A DNA stretch of 64,000 bases from Eledone cirrhosa (Eukaryota), in assembly GCA_964016885.1 (NCBI GenBank), contig OZ024746.1, positions 96,720,001 to 96,784,000 of the forward strand, written 5' to 3'. Of this stretch, positions 38,960 to 51,887 are shown piece by piece. Within the stretch, counting starts at the first letter, position 1. Each line of letters starts with the position of its first letter. A program made the position numbers and the translations under genes. Under the pieces are notes generated by a model, which ran no database searches, was not told the DNA's origin, and saw only the letters and a list, made by a program, of their open reading frames with translations.

Positions 38960-39460
38960 TTTGTCCCTGGATAAGAAGTAGGTGTCTCATCTGGGACGCC
39001 TCAGTCAGGGACTCTTTTGCTCCCTCCCGCATGATGGCCGCCGCGGTAAATGCTTCCGTTGCCGAACAGAATAAAATTCGGAAATACCTGGATTTATCTA
39101 ATAACTATTTTTTCCAGCCTGTGACATTCGAGACGTTTGGTGGAGCTGACAGCGAAGTTCTTGTCATCGTTAACGGCTCGACTTTCTGTTGTGTCAGATG
39201 ATGCCTGTGAGGGTGCCTGGTTGTTTCAGTGCCTTAGTCTAGCCTTACTGAGGTGTCAGGCGATGCCCGTGAGGGTGCCTGGTTGTTTCAGTGCCTTAGT
39301 CTAGCTTTACTGAGGTGTCAGGCGATGCCCGTGAGGGTGCCTGGTTGTTTCAGTGCCTTAGTCTAGCCTTACTGAGGTGTCAGGCGATGCTCGTGAGGGT
39401 GCCTGGTTGTTTCAGCACCTTAGACTCACGATGACCCGTAGCAATGCTGCAAGTGAGTTG
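38960..39460 (+). mobile_element. CRE-like non-LTR retrotransposon C-terminal REL endonuclease fragment with an internal 62-bp tandem array (39192-39425)
   Basis: Translates IWDASVRDSFAPS...AEQNKIRKY...FQPVTFETFG; repeat unit encodes GDAREGAWLFQCLSLALLR. Confidence 0.75.
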
Positions 39461-40369
39461 GTTTGCCTCAAAATATTCCGTTGATCCATATGATGTGCAA
39501 CCAATTGTTGTACTTGGTGGTGAATTGATGGTCTTTCCCTTCTTGTTTTTGCTTCCCATTTTTTCCTGTCTTACTCTGGTCATATATTTTGATGAGTTGT
39601 TTTTGTGAGGTTACTAGCAATAGTTAATTGTATTTGTTAAATGCATTTATATTTGTGTTAATCAACGAATAACGCCGAGGTTAACTTTGCCTTTCATCCT
39701 AACGGAGTCGATAAAATAAAGTACCAGTAAAACACTGAGGTAATTGCTGGCCTTGTGCCAAAAGTAGAAACAATTATATTTGTAATGTTATTTATGTATA
39801 TATATATTATTTAATACAAAAAAAAAACAGAAATAAATAAATGACCGTGGATTGGAAGGAGCAATTATTGAAAGTCTGGAAGTAACATTGGCGAGGATGT
39901 AGGGACGGGTAAGGGAGACATACAGTTGATAGTGTTAAGTTCATTTGTTTATAACAGGATTTTCTCCGTGTTAAAGAACATGAAACAACAAAAACATAGA
40001 CTAATTCGTTGTTATTGAAATATTTATACGTACTAGAATTGCGTCATCTAGCGCTTGAGACGTGTTAAACAGATACTAGAGTCATAGTTCAGAAACAGTG
40101 TTGAGGAGAGAGGCATATAGAGAGAGGAAATCAGTGGGAAAGATAGTGTGAGGAGTGAAGAAGATGAACGAGAGAGAGTAAAATAAGATAGTTACGTGGA
40201 GAGAGAGAGAAGCATCAGATTGAGTATACGAGATGAAGAGAGAGAAAAATTAGATAATTACGTGGAAGAGAGAGAGAGAAAGAAGCCTTCAGACAGAGTA
40301 TAATATATTTTCAAACAAGCAAGCCAAACTTGTTTCTACATATCCGTAGTTTAAAAGTCGTTCAAAACT

Positions 40370-40380
40370 GCCGCCATCTT
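40370..40380 (-). promoter_or_regulatory. YY1/Pho-type motif AAGATGGCGGC
   Basis: Exact consensus match gccgccatctt in non-repetitive DNA. Confidence 0.35.
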
Positions 40381-40619
40381 CCAACAATCTCACAAGGAGA
40401 TATGTCTTCTCTATCTTTATATCGATAAAACCACATTGAAAAAAAAAAAACATGCTTTTATAAAATGTAGGAAACTTGTGAACTTTTAAAAACGTTCATA
40501 TTTACCTCCACTTCCTTCTTCTTCTTCTTCTTCAGAAATGTGGTGAAGAAAAGGTTACAACACAATAGTACATATTCATTTTGTAGGAGTGGAAATATAG
40601 TTGAGGTACTACCTAACAC

Positions 40620-40913
40620 CAGAGGTGTAACTAGGATATGGTGCCCATGGTATGTGCCATGGGCACCACATGAAGGGGGCGCCACTTGGACTAGGAGCAC
40701 GTTCTATTAAAGACAAACAAGCCTCGTCGGAGAGTGAAAAAAAACTCCTTCAGATGTATGATGTCTCTGATTATCATGGGTGAGAACACTATGGTGGCTA
40801 CATCATTAAACCATTTACATAAATTATTAGGCTCCTAGATAAAAATACAGTGCTGGACAGGGGTGCAATTTCACTGCTTGTCATAGGTGCTATTTTCTCT
40901 AGTTATGCTTCTG
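40620..40913 (+). mobile_element. hAT-superfamily MITE (same family as 20335-20624)
   Basis: TIR cagaggtgtaactag / ctagttatgcttctg; exact 8-bp TSD cctaacac. Confidence 0.9.
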
Positions 40914-41714
40914 CCTAACACAGTAAAAAAAATCTCAAATCGTAACTAATACAAGGCATCAGAATCTTCAAAGTTCTCTTACGATTACTCCACATGCATA
41001 AGTTTGCTAAAACTGCATCACAAAAACTGGGATTCCCTTTGAAAGTAAGATATTTTAGTATAGGGTTGACGAATGTCTTGTGAGCCAAATTTGGTAGACA
41101 GAAAGTGTGGAAGCCTGTTATATTGTCATCATTTAATGTCCGTACTTCCTTCTAACAAACATAAGATGGATCATCACAGATCATGTCAGTACTTAATCAG
41201 AGGTACTGATCTCTCAAATGGACCAGGTGCTATTTTGCAATCATATGTTCTTGCGCGCGCACACACACACACACTCTCTTTCTCATGCACGAAGTGCATT
41301 ATATTGTGGCATCAGCACTAGAGAGGTGATCATGCCTTTGACACAACTGAAGAGTCATCTCAGCCCTTTATTTAGCATGGTTTCTACTTCATCATCATCA
41401 TCATTATCACTAAACATCTTACAGGGTGTATTGTGTTAATTTTTCTTTGCACCAGCAGTATAGATGTTGCCATGCCTTGACTGAAGAGTCCTCTTAACCC
41501 TTTGGCTTAGTTTCCACAGTTGGAAGCCCTTCCTAACACTAGTTACTTTATTGAGTATATTGGGTACATTTTATCATGGCACCAGCACTAGGGAGATTGT
41601 TGACCATTGACTCAACTGAAGAGTCCTCCTTACTTTAGAAAGTCTGTCTCAGGCTCAGAGGCTCATCAGGCTGGTGCTTATCCTGGTTTCTGTGGCATTC
41701 ATGCCACGAAAGAA

Positions 41715-42830
41715 TAGTGAGAGATGAGGAGAGAGAAGGAGAGGGCAGTGACTGAAAGAGAGATGAGGAGAGCGAGAGAGAAGGAGAGGGCAGTGACTGA
41801 AAGAGAGAGATGAGGAGAGCGAGAGAGAAGGAGAGGGCGGTGACTGAAAGAGAGAGATGAGGAGAGCGAGAGAGAAGGAGAGGGCGGTGACTGAAAGAGA
41901 GAGATGAGGAGAGCGAGAGAGAAGGAGAGGGCGGTGACTGAAAGAGAGAGATGAGGAGAGCGAGAGAGAAGGAGAGGGCGGTGACTGAAAGAGAGAGATG
42001 AGGAGAGCGAGAGAGAAGGAGAGGGCAGTGACTGAAAGAGAGAGATGAGGAGAGCGAGAGAGAAGGAGAGGGCAGTGACTGAAAGAGAGAGATGAGGAGA
42101 GCGAGAGAGAAGGAGAGGGCAGTGACTGAAAGAGAGAGATGGGGAGAGTGAGAGAGAAGAAGAGGGCAGTGAGTGAAAGAGAAAGATGGGGAGAGCGAGA
42201 GAGATGGAGAGAGCAGTGAGTGAAAGAGAGAGATGGGGAGAGTGAGAGAGAAGGAGAGGGCGGTGACTGAAAGAGAGAGATGAGGAGAGCGAGAGAGAAG
42301 GAGAGGGCAGTGACTGAAAGAGAGAGATGAGGAGAGCGAGAGAGAAGGAGAGGGCAGTGACTGAAAGAGAGAGATGAGGAGAGCGAGAGAGAAGGAGAGG
42401 GCAGTGACTGAAAGAGAGAGATGGGGAGAGTGAGAGAGAAGAAGAGGGCAGTGAGTGAAAGAGAAAGATGGGGAGAGCGAGAGAGATGGAGAGAGCAGTG
42501 AGTGAAAGAGAGAGATGGGGAGAGTGAGAGAGAAGAAGAGGGCAGTGAGTGAAAGAGAGATGGGGAGAAGGAGAGGGCAGTGAGTGAAAGAAAGATGGGG
42601 AGAGTGAGAGAGAAGAAGAGGGCAGTGAGTGAAAGAGAGAGATGAGGAGAGCGAGAGAGATGGAGAGAGCAGTGAGTGAAAGAGAAAGATGGGGAGAGTG
42701 AGAGAGATGGAGAGAACAGTGAGTGAAAGAGAGAGATGGGGAGAGTGAGAGAGAAGAAGAGGGCAGTGAGTGAAAGAGAGAGATGAGGAGAGCGAGAGAG
42801 AAGGAGAGGGCAGTGAGTGAAAGAGAGAGA
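41715..42830. repeat. 47-bp purine-rich minisatellite, about 24 copies
   Basis: Unit gagatgaggagagcgagagagaaggagagggcagtgactgaaagaga. Confidence 0.95.
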
Positions 42831-43089
42831 ACACCAACACTTATTTACTTATTTATTTATATTTACCTGTATTGCTTGAAGTTAATATTAACAAACCTAG
42901 TGCTTTACTTTCAGACAATTCCATGTACCTTAGTATCACCATCATCACCATCACCGTTTAACATCTATTTTCCATGCTTGTATGGATTGTCGTATTGTAA
43001 GCAATGCCAAGTCAGGTGACCATGTCTTGCTCATACAAAACTGATTTTGGCTTCGTTTCTACAGTTATATATGTATATGTAAAATATAT

Positions 43090-43622
43090 ATATGATGCGT
43101 ATGAAGGATGACAGTTGCATTAAAAGATGCAGAGCACTAAAAGTTGATGGAAGCCTTGGAGTGGGGCGATCCAAGAAGACCTGGAATGAGGTGATAAAAA
43201 CTGACCTTGCCCAATTGCACCTTTCAAAGGCGATGACACAGGACCGAGACCTGTTACGCAGTAATACAGAAGACCCAACTTGCCACGGGTACAAGCCAAC
43301 GCTGAAGCATATAGCCAATATGTCCCCACCCTCCTCCCACTGTAAAGTGGTCGTGGAGGTGTCACGACAAAAAGCACCCAGTCCACACTGTAAAGTGGTC
43401 GTGTAGGCGCCACAGTAAAAAAAGCGCCCAGTACTCACTGTAAATGAGGTTGGTGTTAGGAAGAGCATCCAGCTGTAGAAATCAAGCCCAAATCAGTCCT
43501 GTATGAGCAAGACATGATCACCTGACCTGCCATTGCTCACAACAGGACAACCTGTCTAACCCATGCTAGCATGGAAACATTGACATAGAACAGTGATGAT
43601 GATGATGATGATGATGATGATA
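43090..43622 (+). mobile_element. RTE family C 3' end, flanked by minus-strand RTE tails (42935-43065, 43800-43960)
   Basis: MRMKDDSCIKRC...RSKKTW; (gat)n tail. Confidence 0.9.
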
Positions 43623-44030
43623 TATTAGAAAAAACGAGGAAGTATCCTCTACGAAATGCGCATAACAGGTCGATACACAATAAATATCTTATACATGAAA
43701 ATGAAACTTCCTCATTTTTTCTAAAATATATACTGTGCCTGTGCATAGAGTGTTTTAGTAGCAACACCAGTAATTCACTGGATCACCTACACTATATGTA
43801 ATATCATCATTATCATTTTACGTCAATGTTTCCACGCTAGCAAGGGTTAGACGGGTTGTCCTGTTGTGGGTAAAGTGACCATGTCTTGCTCATACTGGAC
43901 TGATTTTGGTTCGGTTTCTACAGCTGGATGCCCTTCCTAATACCAACCTTATGTACAGTTAGTATGTATATGTATATATAAATATTTAATATAGAAATGG
44001 CTTCTACAGGACTAGAACTGTTTCATTCAA

Positions 44031-44079
44031 GCTTCCTGATGATTTCTCCCAAGTGAAACAGTTCTAGTCCTGTAGAAGC
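44031..44079 (+). ncRNA. Minimal type I hammerhead motif inside a fold-back element (43975-44165)
   Basis: gcttc CTGATGA tttctcccaagt GAAACAG ttctagtc CTGTA gaagc; stems I and III pair, stem II weak. Confidence 0.7.
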
Positions 44080-44349
44080 CTTTTCTATATTAAATATTTA
44101 TACTCTGCTATGTATTAAGTACCTTACTTACTGTGGTTACCTCCGATTCAACCCAGGATAAAGGTATATATATATGTATGTGTCCCTGTGTGAGTGAATA
44201 AGAGTAGACAGATCAGATGACCACATGACCACGTCCTGCTCATACAATCTATTTCTAGCTTGGTTTTCTACTGATGGATGCCTTTCCTAGTGCCAACCAC
44301 ATTACAAGGTGTACTGGGTACTTTCTGTTGTGGCAATTGCACTAACACC

Positions 44350-44770
<421 letters not shown>

Positions 44771-45689
44771 TCCTTTCCTTGTTTCAAAGTATCAACAATT
44801 TGGTAGTCTTTGTTGTTTTTTTAATGAATGACAGTATAGAATGTTTACCAACATAATGAAGGCCAGATTGTCAACTAATTACAGGTTTCAGTTTGGGAAG
44901 TAGATATGCCTGTAACACACGACTACTAGACTTGGGAAGTAGATATGCCTGTAACACACGACTACTAGACTAAAATGTACTAAATTATTTATACTCTTAA
45001 TTTCCACCCTTTCCTGTTTGGATATAAAATCTCACCAAATCATTTATGAGATGTATGAATTGTATTACAGCACTTTTAGTAACTTTCATAACTTAGTTAA
45101 ACAACTTGATTCTCCTGCAGCAGTTGATGGTAATACTGATCCAACAATTATTGCAGGACACCATTCTCTACGAGCTGATTGTGGTTACAACATGGCCAAA
45201 TAATTAAAGAGTTTGCATTGCAATCATTAGGTCCTGGGTTTCATCTTACTTTGTGGCATCTTTGGGTTCACCCAAACCATGTGAGTGAAACTAGTGGGGT
45301 CTAGCCCCTAATTTGTTCCAGGGCCCAAGAGCTAAGAAGGCTTCACAGCAACCATGCAACATCCATTTTGAGAAAAATATTTGCATACTTTGGGCTCCAA
45401 AGGGGTCTTGTTCCACCTTGCCAAATTTCTTTTGGAAGCCCTGGCCATAAATATTTGTTGACTGCATAGCTCAATAAATATGTACAGGTATGGATGGCTG
45501 CATGGTTAAGAAGTTCGCTTTGCAACCATATAATACGAGGTTCAGTCCTGCTTTGTGCCTCTGTGTCACCTTGGATAGGTATATCCTACAATAGCCACAG
45601 GTTGACCAGTGCTTTGTGAGGGGAATTTGGTAGATGGAAACTGCAGAAGCCTTTCATGTATGTTATATATATGAAATAAAACTCTGACA

Positions 45690-45865
45690 TCTGGCAACTC
45701 ACTTGGCAGACACCCACAAGATTATAAACCATCTTTCCAACAACAACACCGGGCAACTTTTTGAATTCTGTATGTCTAAGATCTGTGGATAAGCTGCATC
45801 CTTCAAAATTTCCATACTTCCTAAAATTCACCAACACTACACCTGATATTCCCCCTCCATGCACA
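45690..45865 (-). mobile_element. Degenerate RTE AP-endonuclease remnant
   Basis: VHGGG...TDL-HTEFKK resembles the RTE endonuclease C-terminal motif. Confidence 0.4.
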
Positions 45866-46324
45866 GACACGCATGTGTGTGTGTGCGTGCCTGTGTGTAT
45901 ATCGAATCATACACTGTTCGCTTTCCTATTTGTACATTATTGTATATACTATATATACACCTTTGATGAGTTGTAGTACACCCAAGCACTGTACACAATA
46001 ATTTTCATTATCATTATTTTAAAACAAATATAAAATGATGATGATGATGGGGAAAATGGTGTCTGCATCAAATTTAAATAGGTCTAGGCTGGGACTGAGT
46101 CACATCTATTTCCTTCAAAAGTTAAACATACTGCATCTTACTTCAACTTACCTTCTTCCTCCTGCAGGCATGGGTTTGTCGGGTCAACAACATTCTCCCT
46201 ACTAGAGAGAGATATGGTGTCCCAAAATATAACTTAAAATACTTCAGTAGGTGGTGCTACTGGGTTAAACATGATCTAGTCCTGTTCTGGTTAAAACCTG
46301 TTTAAATTTTATGTATGTCTACGA

Positions 46325-46570
46325 ACACACACACACCACATGTACACACACACACACACACACCACATGTACACACACACACACACACACACCACATGTA
46401 CACACACACACCACATGTACACACACATCACATGTACACACACCACATGTACACACAGACCACGTGTACACACACACCACATGTACACACACACACCACA
46501 TGTACACAAACACACCACATGTACACACACACACCACATGTACACACACACCACATGCACACACATCATT
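46325..46570. repeat. (cacacaccacatgta)-type short tandem repeat
   Basis: Directly visible. Confidence 0.93.
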
Positions 46571-46859
46571 GTCATGTTTCAGACAGTTAAAACAAACAAT
46601 AAAACATATAATCCAATGCCATAATGATCCCGCCCACCTGCCTCCTTCAATATATATATATATTGTTTCTACTTTTGGCACAAGGCAGCAATTATCCCAG
46701 TGTATTACTGGTACTTTATTTTATCGACCCCGTAAGGATGAAAGGCAAAGTTAACCTCGGCGGGATTTGAACTCAGACCATAAAGGGCCGTAACTCTTTG
46801 CTGCAGCATGGCGTCAGACCCTCTACCGATACGTCCTCAGTACAGCATCTCTTACGGAG

Positions 46860-47380
46860 ACAGCTGGTGTACTTGGCCCTAGGACCACCTCCCTACTCAC
46901 CCCCATCACCACCCCGTAGCAGTGGAGACTTCTGGTGTCCTTGGCCCTAGGACCACCTCCCTACTCACCACCATCAGCACCCCGTAGCAGTGGAGACTTC
47001 TGGTGTCCTTGGCCCGAGGACCACCTCCCTACTCACCACCATCAGCACCCCGTAGCAGTGGAGACTTCTGGTGTCCTTGGCCCTAGGACCACCTCCCTAC
47101 TCACCACCATCAGCACCCCGTAGCAGTGGAGACTTCTGGTGTCCTTGGCCCTAGGACCACCTGCCTACTCACCACCATCAGCACCCCGTAGCAGTGGAGA
47201 CTTCTGGTGTCCTTGGCCCTAGGACCACCTCTCTACTCACCACCATTGACACAGAGTTGGTTACCTGCATGTGTGAGCTTCGTGAGCTGGAATGGCTCTT
47301 CCAGTGCATCTCCTTCATCATCCTGTTAGGAAATGTCTTCTCTATTCTGTCTGCCAAGGCTGCAGGACAACCAGCACGTG
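46860..47380 (+). mobile_element. CRE-like REL fragment with a 68-bp tandem array (about 5.5 copies, 46862-47245)
   Basis: Unit encodes PVAVETSGVLGPRTTSLLTTI and continues ...RELEWLFQCISFIILLGN; homologous to 58170-58600(-). Confidence 0.82.
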
Positions 47381-47728
47381 AGCCTCCATTTGCTCATAAT
47401 AGTGAGAGGTGGGGAGAGCGGGCTAGATAGAGGCAATGACAGTGGGAGTTTAGTTCTCTTGTGTTCGGACCTGATGTATATGTAAATATTTATTTGCCAC
47501 ACCACATAAACAGATATTTTAGTCATAAAAAGTAACTAGATAAACCCTTTAGCATTTAAACCGGCCATATCTGGGCACTATTCTCTCACTTCTTTCTGTT
47601 CAAACCGGCCAAAACCAGCTGCTCATGCAGATGTTAAGGTATTGTTCTCAAAATAAATAATACCAAAATCTCATTGATTCGATATTATATGAGATAATTA
47701 TGTGAAGTGAAGCCTTTACCATGAAAAT

Positions 47729-47925
47729 CATCATCATCATCATCATCATTTAATGTCCGCCTTTCCCTGCTTGCAAAGGTGCGGACGGGTGCTATTCAGT
47801 ACAGCATCTCTCCACTTGTCATGGTCCTTCGTCAGCTCCTCCGTAAGCTTCAGCGATCTGAGGGCTGTTCTCACCACCTCCGCCCATGTTTTTCATGGTC
47901 TTCCTCTAATGCGCCTTCCTTCTAC
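47729..47925 (-). mobile_element. RTE family A 3' end inserted in a TTAA MITE
   Basis: Reverse complement matches 8060-8257; MITE halves on both sides. Confidence 0.85.
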
Positions 47926-48427
47926 TATAATAGTAAATATAGAGTAATGTAAATGGTAAAGGGTTAATTTGAGGACTTTTATCCAAACCCTTCTTCTCAT
48001 ATGTAGTAATGCTATAAAAAAACCTTTTGTAGACAGAATAATAGGGGAAGTTATTTTCTGATGAGAAGACAATAATCTCCAAAATGGTTAAAGGTAATCT
48101 CTTATGCTTTCCTTTATACAAAATAAATTGTAGAAAGTATTTTCAAGGAAAGCTTCTAATTAAAAAACTGTACTTCGATATACATTAAATAATTTACCTC
48201 TCTCTCTCTATATATATATATATCGGTGATGATGATGATGATATGTATATATATAGTTTAATAAATGAACAGAGAACAAAAAACAGAGAAGCAGTACAAA
48301 TGATATTAGTATTAGTTTCACTGTTTTACGTCCATTTTTCTATGCTAGCATGGGTTAAACAAGTTGCCCTGTTGTGAGCAATGCTAGGTCAGGTAACCAT
48401 GTCTGGCTCATACAGAACTGATTTTGG

Positions 48428-48492
<65 letters not shown>

Positions 48493-48599
48493 GTAAATAT
48501 ATACATTCACACACATATATATATATATATTCAAAATAGGGTGCGCACACATATATATATGATGATATATATATATATATGCATATATATATATATATA

Positions 48600-48683
<84 letters not shown>

Positions 48684-49049
48684 GGTATATGTATGTAGAT
48701 AAGGTGCTTTGTTTGTTAACATATTTTTTATTAAGAATAAGCTTTGATTGCTTAATATAAATTAGATAGTATTGCACATCTTTTGTTGTTATTGTATTCC
48801 TAGCAGCTGCTTTTCACTGTGCATATCTTTTCACTTTATAGAAAATAATAATAATAATAATAATGATAAAAAACAAAACAAGTAGGACATTTTTCTTTCC
48901 TTCATTTCCTCTTTCTGTAATTCCAGCATCTGTCCCAGATGCTGTTTACTACATTCTCAGGAACTGTATTGAAATAGTGCTTTATCCCCTCTGAGTCACC
49001 ATACTACTTGCTTCGTTGCTGAAAGTTTACAGGAATTATAAACATAGCT

Positions 49050-49146
49050 TTAATGCTGCTTCTTACAAGCAGGAATGCCACGCCCAAGTCGTTCAGTCAC
49101 AAATAATTTCACAAAGAAATCTCCCCTGATATTTTCCTTTTTATCT
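49050..49146 (-). CDS. Possible terminal coding exon of an unidentified host gene (DKKENIRGDFFVKLFVTERLGRGIPACKKQH*)
   Basis: Acceptor ttattttcacatgcag, open frame to TAA, AATAAA about 320 nt downstream; product not recognised. Confidence 0.25.
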
Positions 49147-50477
49147 CTGCATGTGAAAATAATGCAGTAATGTAGTTGTAGAGGAATGGTAGGGTCTTAT
49201 ATGCAAATCTTTATTGCCATCTGTTGGTTTGGTACCACACTCTCTTATAGAGCAGAGGAATGATAATAATGTTGGATATTTTTCACAGGAATGTATTTTA
49301 AAAATGCATTAGATTAGAAAATGTTGTATGTTATATTAGCATAGAGTAATAATTGTTTGTAACATTGGAACAAGGTCAGCAATATATATATAAATTTGAG
49401 CAATTTCTGTCCGTCTGTCACACAATGTGTGTATTTGTGTGAATGTATGTGTGTGTAAAAGGAAGGAAGGGGATGGTAAAAAAATTATAGCAAAACAGTG
49501 GCTGGCGTTCTATTTGCTGTACTGTGTGTGAGTGTATGTGTGTGTTTGTGTGAATATATATCTGAGTGTGTATTTTGTAAGTGTGTCAGTGTTTGCGCGT
49601 TTATATTTATATACTCATTGTATGAGTATATAAATACACACATTTACACATACACCTCAGCATGTTTAAAAAAGTTGTAGTTTAGGAAAAGGGTAAAGTT
49701 GATTCTATTGACTACAGTACTAATAATAGTTTCTGGTTTACATACAAGGCCAACTATTTGGGGGAGGGAAAGTTGATGAAATCGACCCCAGTGCATTCCT
49801 GGTACTTTATTTTGTCGACCCCCATAAGGATAAAAAGGCAAAGCTAACCTCGGAGGAATTAGAACTCAGAGCATAAAGGGCCACAACTCTATATGTCAAA
49901 GTGTATTGTCTGACACTCTACCGACTCTACCAATCCACCACCCTACTTCAGTACTAATAATATAACACTATATATTTTTCACATAATTATATTTCTTAAA
50001 AAAACATTTGAATATGAAATGTATGTTATATTATTATAGTCTTAGATTCTTCCGCACCGTTCGGCGCATCGAGCAGTAGGTACTCACCAACGGTCACGAT
50101 CAGCGGTAACTGTTTCAAGACCGTGCCAGGTGATGTTGGCTGCCATCAGGTCCTTCCGGAACGTTCGTCGCCAGGTGATTCTTGGGCTACCCCGCCTCCG
50201 TTTACCGCCAGGCGGAGTCCAGTTCACCGCTGTTTTCGAATGCCATTCATTTGGCAGGCGCAGAATATGGCCAGCCAGATGGCACTGACGCTCCGTGACC
50301 ACTCTCTGTAGCGTCCATGACTCGGCTCTCCGCACGATCTCCTCGTTTCGCACTCGGTCACACCAGGACACACGAAGGATCTTTTGCAGGCACCGCTGGT
50401 GGAAAGCGTTCAGCCATCTCTCTTTTTGCCATACTCTTCCAGTATTATTATAGAGCAATATGAAATGTATGTTATAT

Positions 50478-51662
50478 TGCTCAGTGTGTAGGAAAGAAGT
50501 AGGCAGAAATTCCATTTTATGTCCCAAATGCAAACTATTGGTACATAAAAGATGAAGTGGGATCACAGGTAAACTATCTAAGAACGTAGATTTTATATGT
50601 TGCTGATGTTCAGGTGCAATAACTAGCAAGTGCCCACAGGATACTAACTCCTTCTATTGCCCAGATGGTTCTATAGAAATAGTGGACACATTCCGTTACC
50701 TGGCTGACAAAATCAGCAGTGGTGGAGGGTGCTCTGAAAGTACAGTAGCCAGCGTCAGAACGGGATGGAAAAAGTTCAGAGAGCTTATACCGCTGTTGGC
50801 CACAAAAGGTTTCTCTCTAAAAATGAAAGGCAGATTGTATGATGCGTGTATACGAACAGAAATGTTACATGGCAGTGAGACAGGAGCATTGTGTGCAGAG
50901 GACCTGCGCAGACTGGAGAGGAACGAAGCTTGCATGCTCCGTTGGATATGTAATAGTAATATATGTGAACGGCAAAGCATAAATGAGCTAGGTGAGAAAT
51001 TAGGAATAAGAGGGTGCAGATGCTGTCTACTCGAGAGAAGACTACGTTGGTATGGTCACGTGATGCGCAAGAAAGACGACAGCTGTATAAAAAAGTGCAG
51101 GGCGATCATAATTGATGGAAGTTACGGAGTAGGTAGACCCAGAAAAACTTGGGACGATTTGATAAGTTCCGACCTTACACACTTGCACCTCTCTAAGACA
51201 ATGTCACTGGACCGAGATCTTTGGCGCAATGCAGTAATACAGAAGACCTGCCTTGCCTATGTACATAGCAAGACCTACAGTCAGTAGGCACCTCCTAACC
51301 AAAAATACACCCCATCCCACTACCCCTACCCTATCCTCCCACTCCAACCAACACCCCCTCTCTCTGTAAAGTTATGTTGGTACCACAACATCCAGTCCAA
51401 AATAAATGAGGTCGTGTAGGTGTCATGACAAAAAAACACACAGTCCACGCTGTAATGTGGCCGTGTAGGTAACACGGTAAAAACCTCCCAGTCCACACTG
51501 TAAATGTGGTTGGTGTTAGCAAGGGTATCCAGTTGTAGAAAACCTGCCAGACAGCCTTATACGAGCGAGACACGGTCACCCGACCAATCTTGCCTCAAGT
51601 GGGACAATTCCCGTCTAAATCCATGCTAGCGTGGAAGATAGACGTTAAACGATGATGATGAT
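50478..51662 (+). mobile_element. RTE family B 3' portion (PHD remnant to tail)
   Basis: ORF 50682-51287 highly similar to 13285-13862; (gat)n tail. Confidence 0.93.
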
Positions 51663-51887
51663 GTTGATTACTATAGAGCAATCTGAAATGTATGTTATAT
51701 TACTATAGAGTAATATGAAATGTATGTTATATTACTATAGTGTAATATGAAATGTATGTTATATTACTATAGAGCAATATGAAATGTAGATTTCATTAGT
51801 AAAGTGTGCTCCAATTATTTGAACAATGGATCAGCTTGCTCATGACATTAACATGCAGGTGGCTGAACATTCCACAGACACATGTGG

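Noticed and set aside
41635-42840. 401-aa Ser/Leu-rich ORF
   Set aside because: Antisense reading of the GA-rich minisatellite
45018-45203. 61-aa ORF as a host exon
   Set aside because: No recognisable homology or partner exons; cannot be supported
46860-47245. CRISPR-like repeats (also 39192-39425, 33140-33440)
   Set aside because: Contiguous tandem units without spacers, in eukaryotic context
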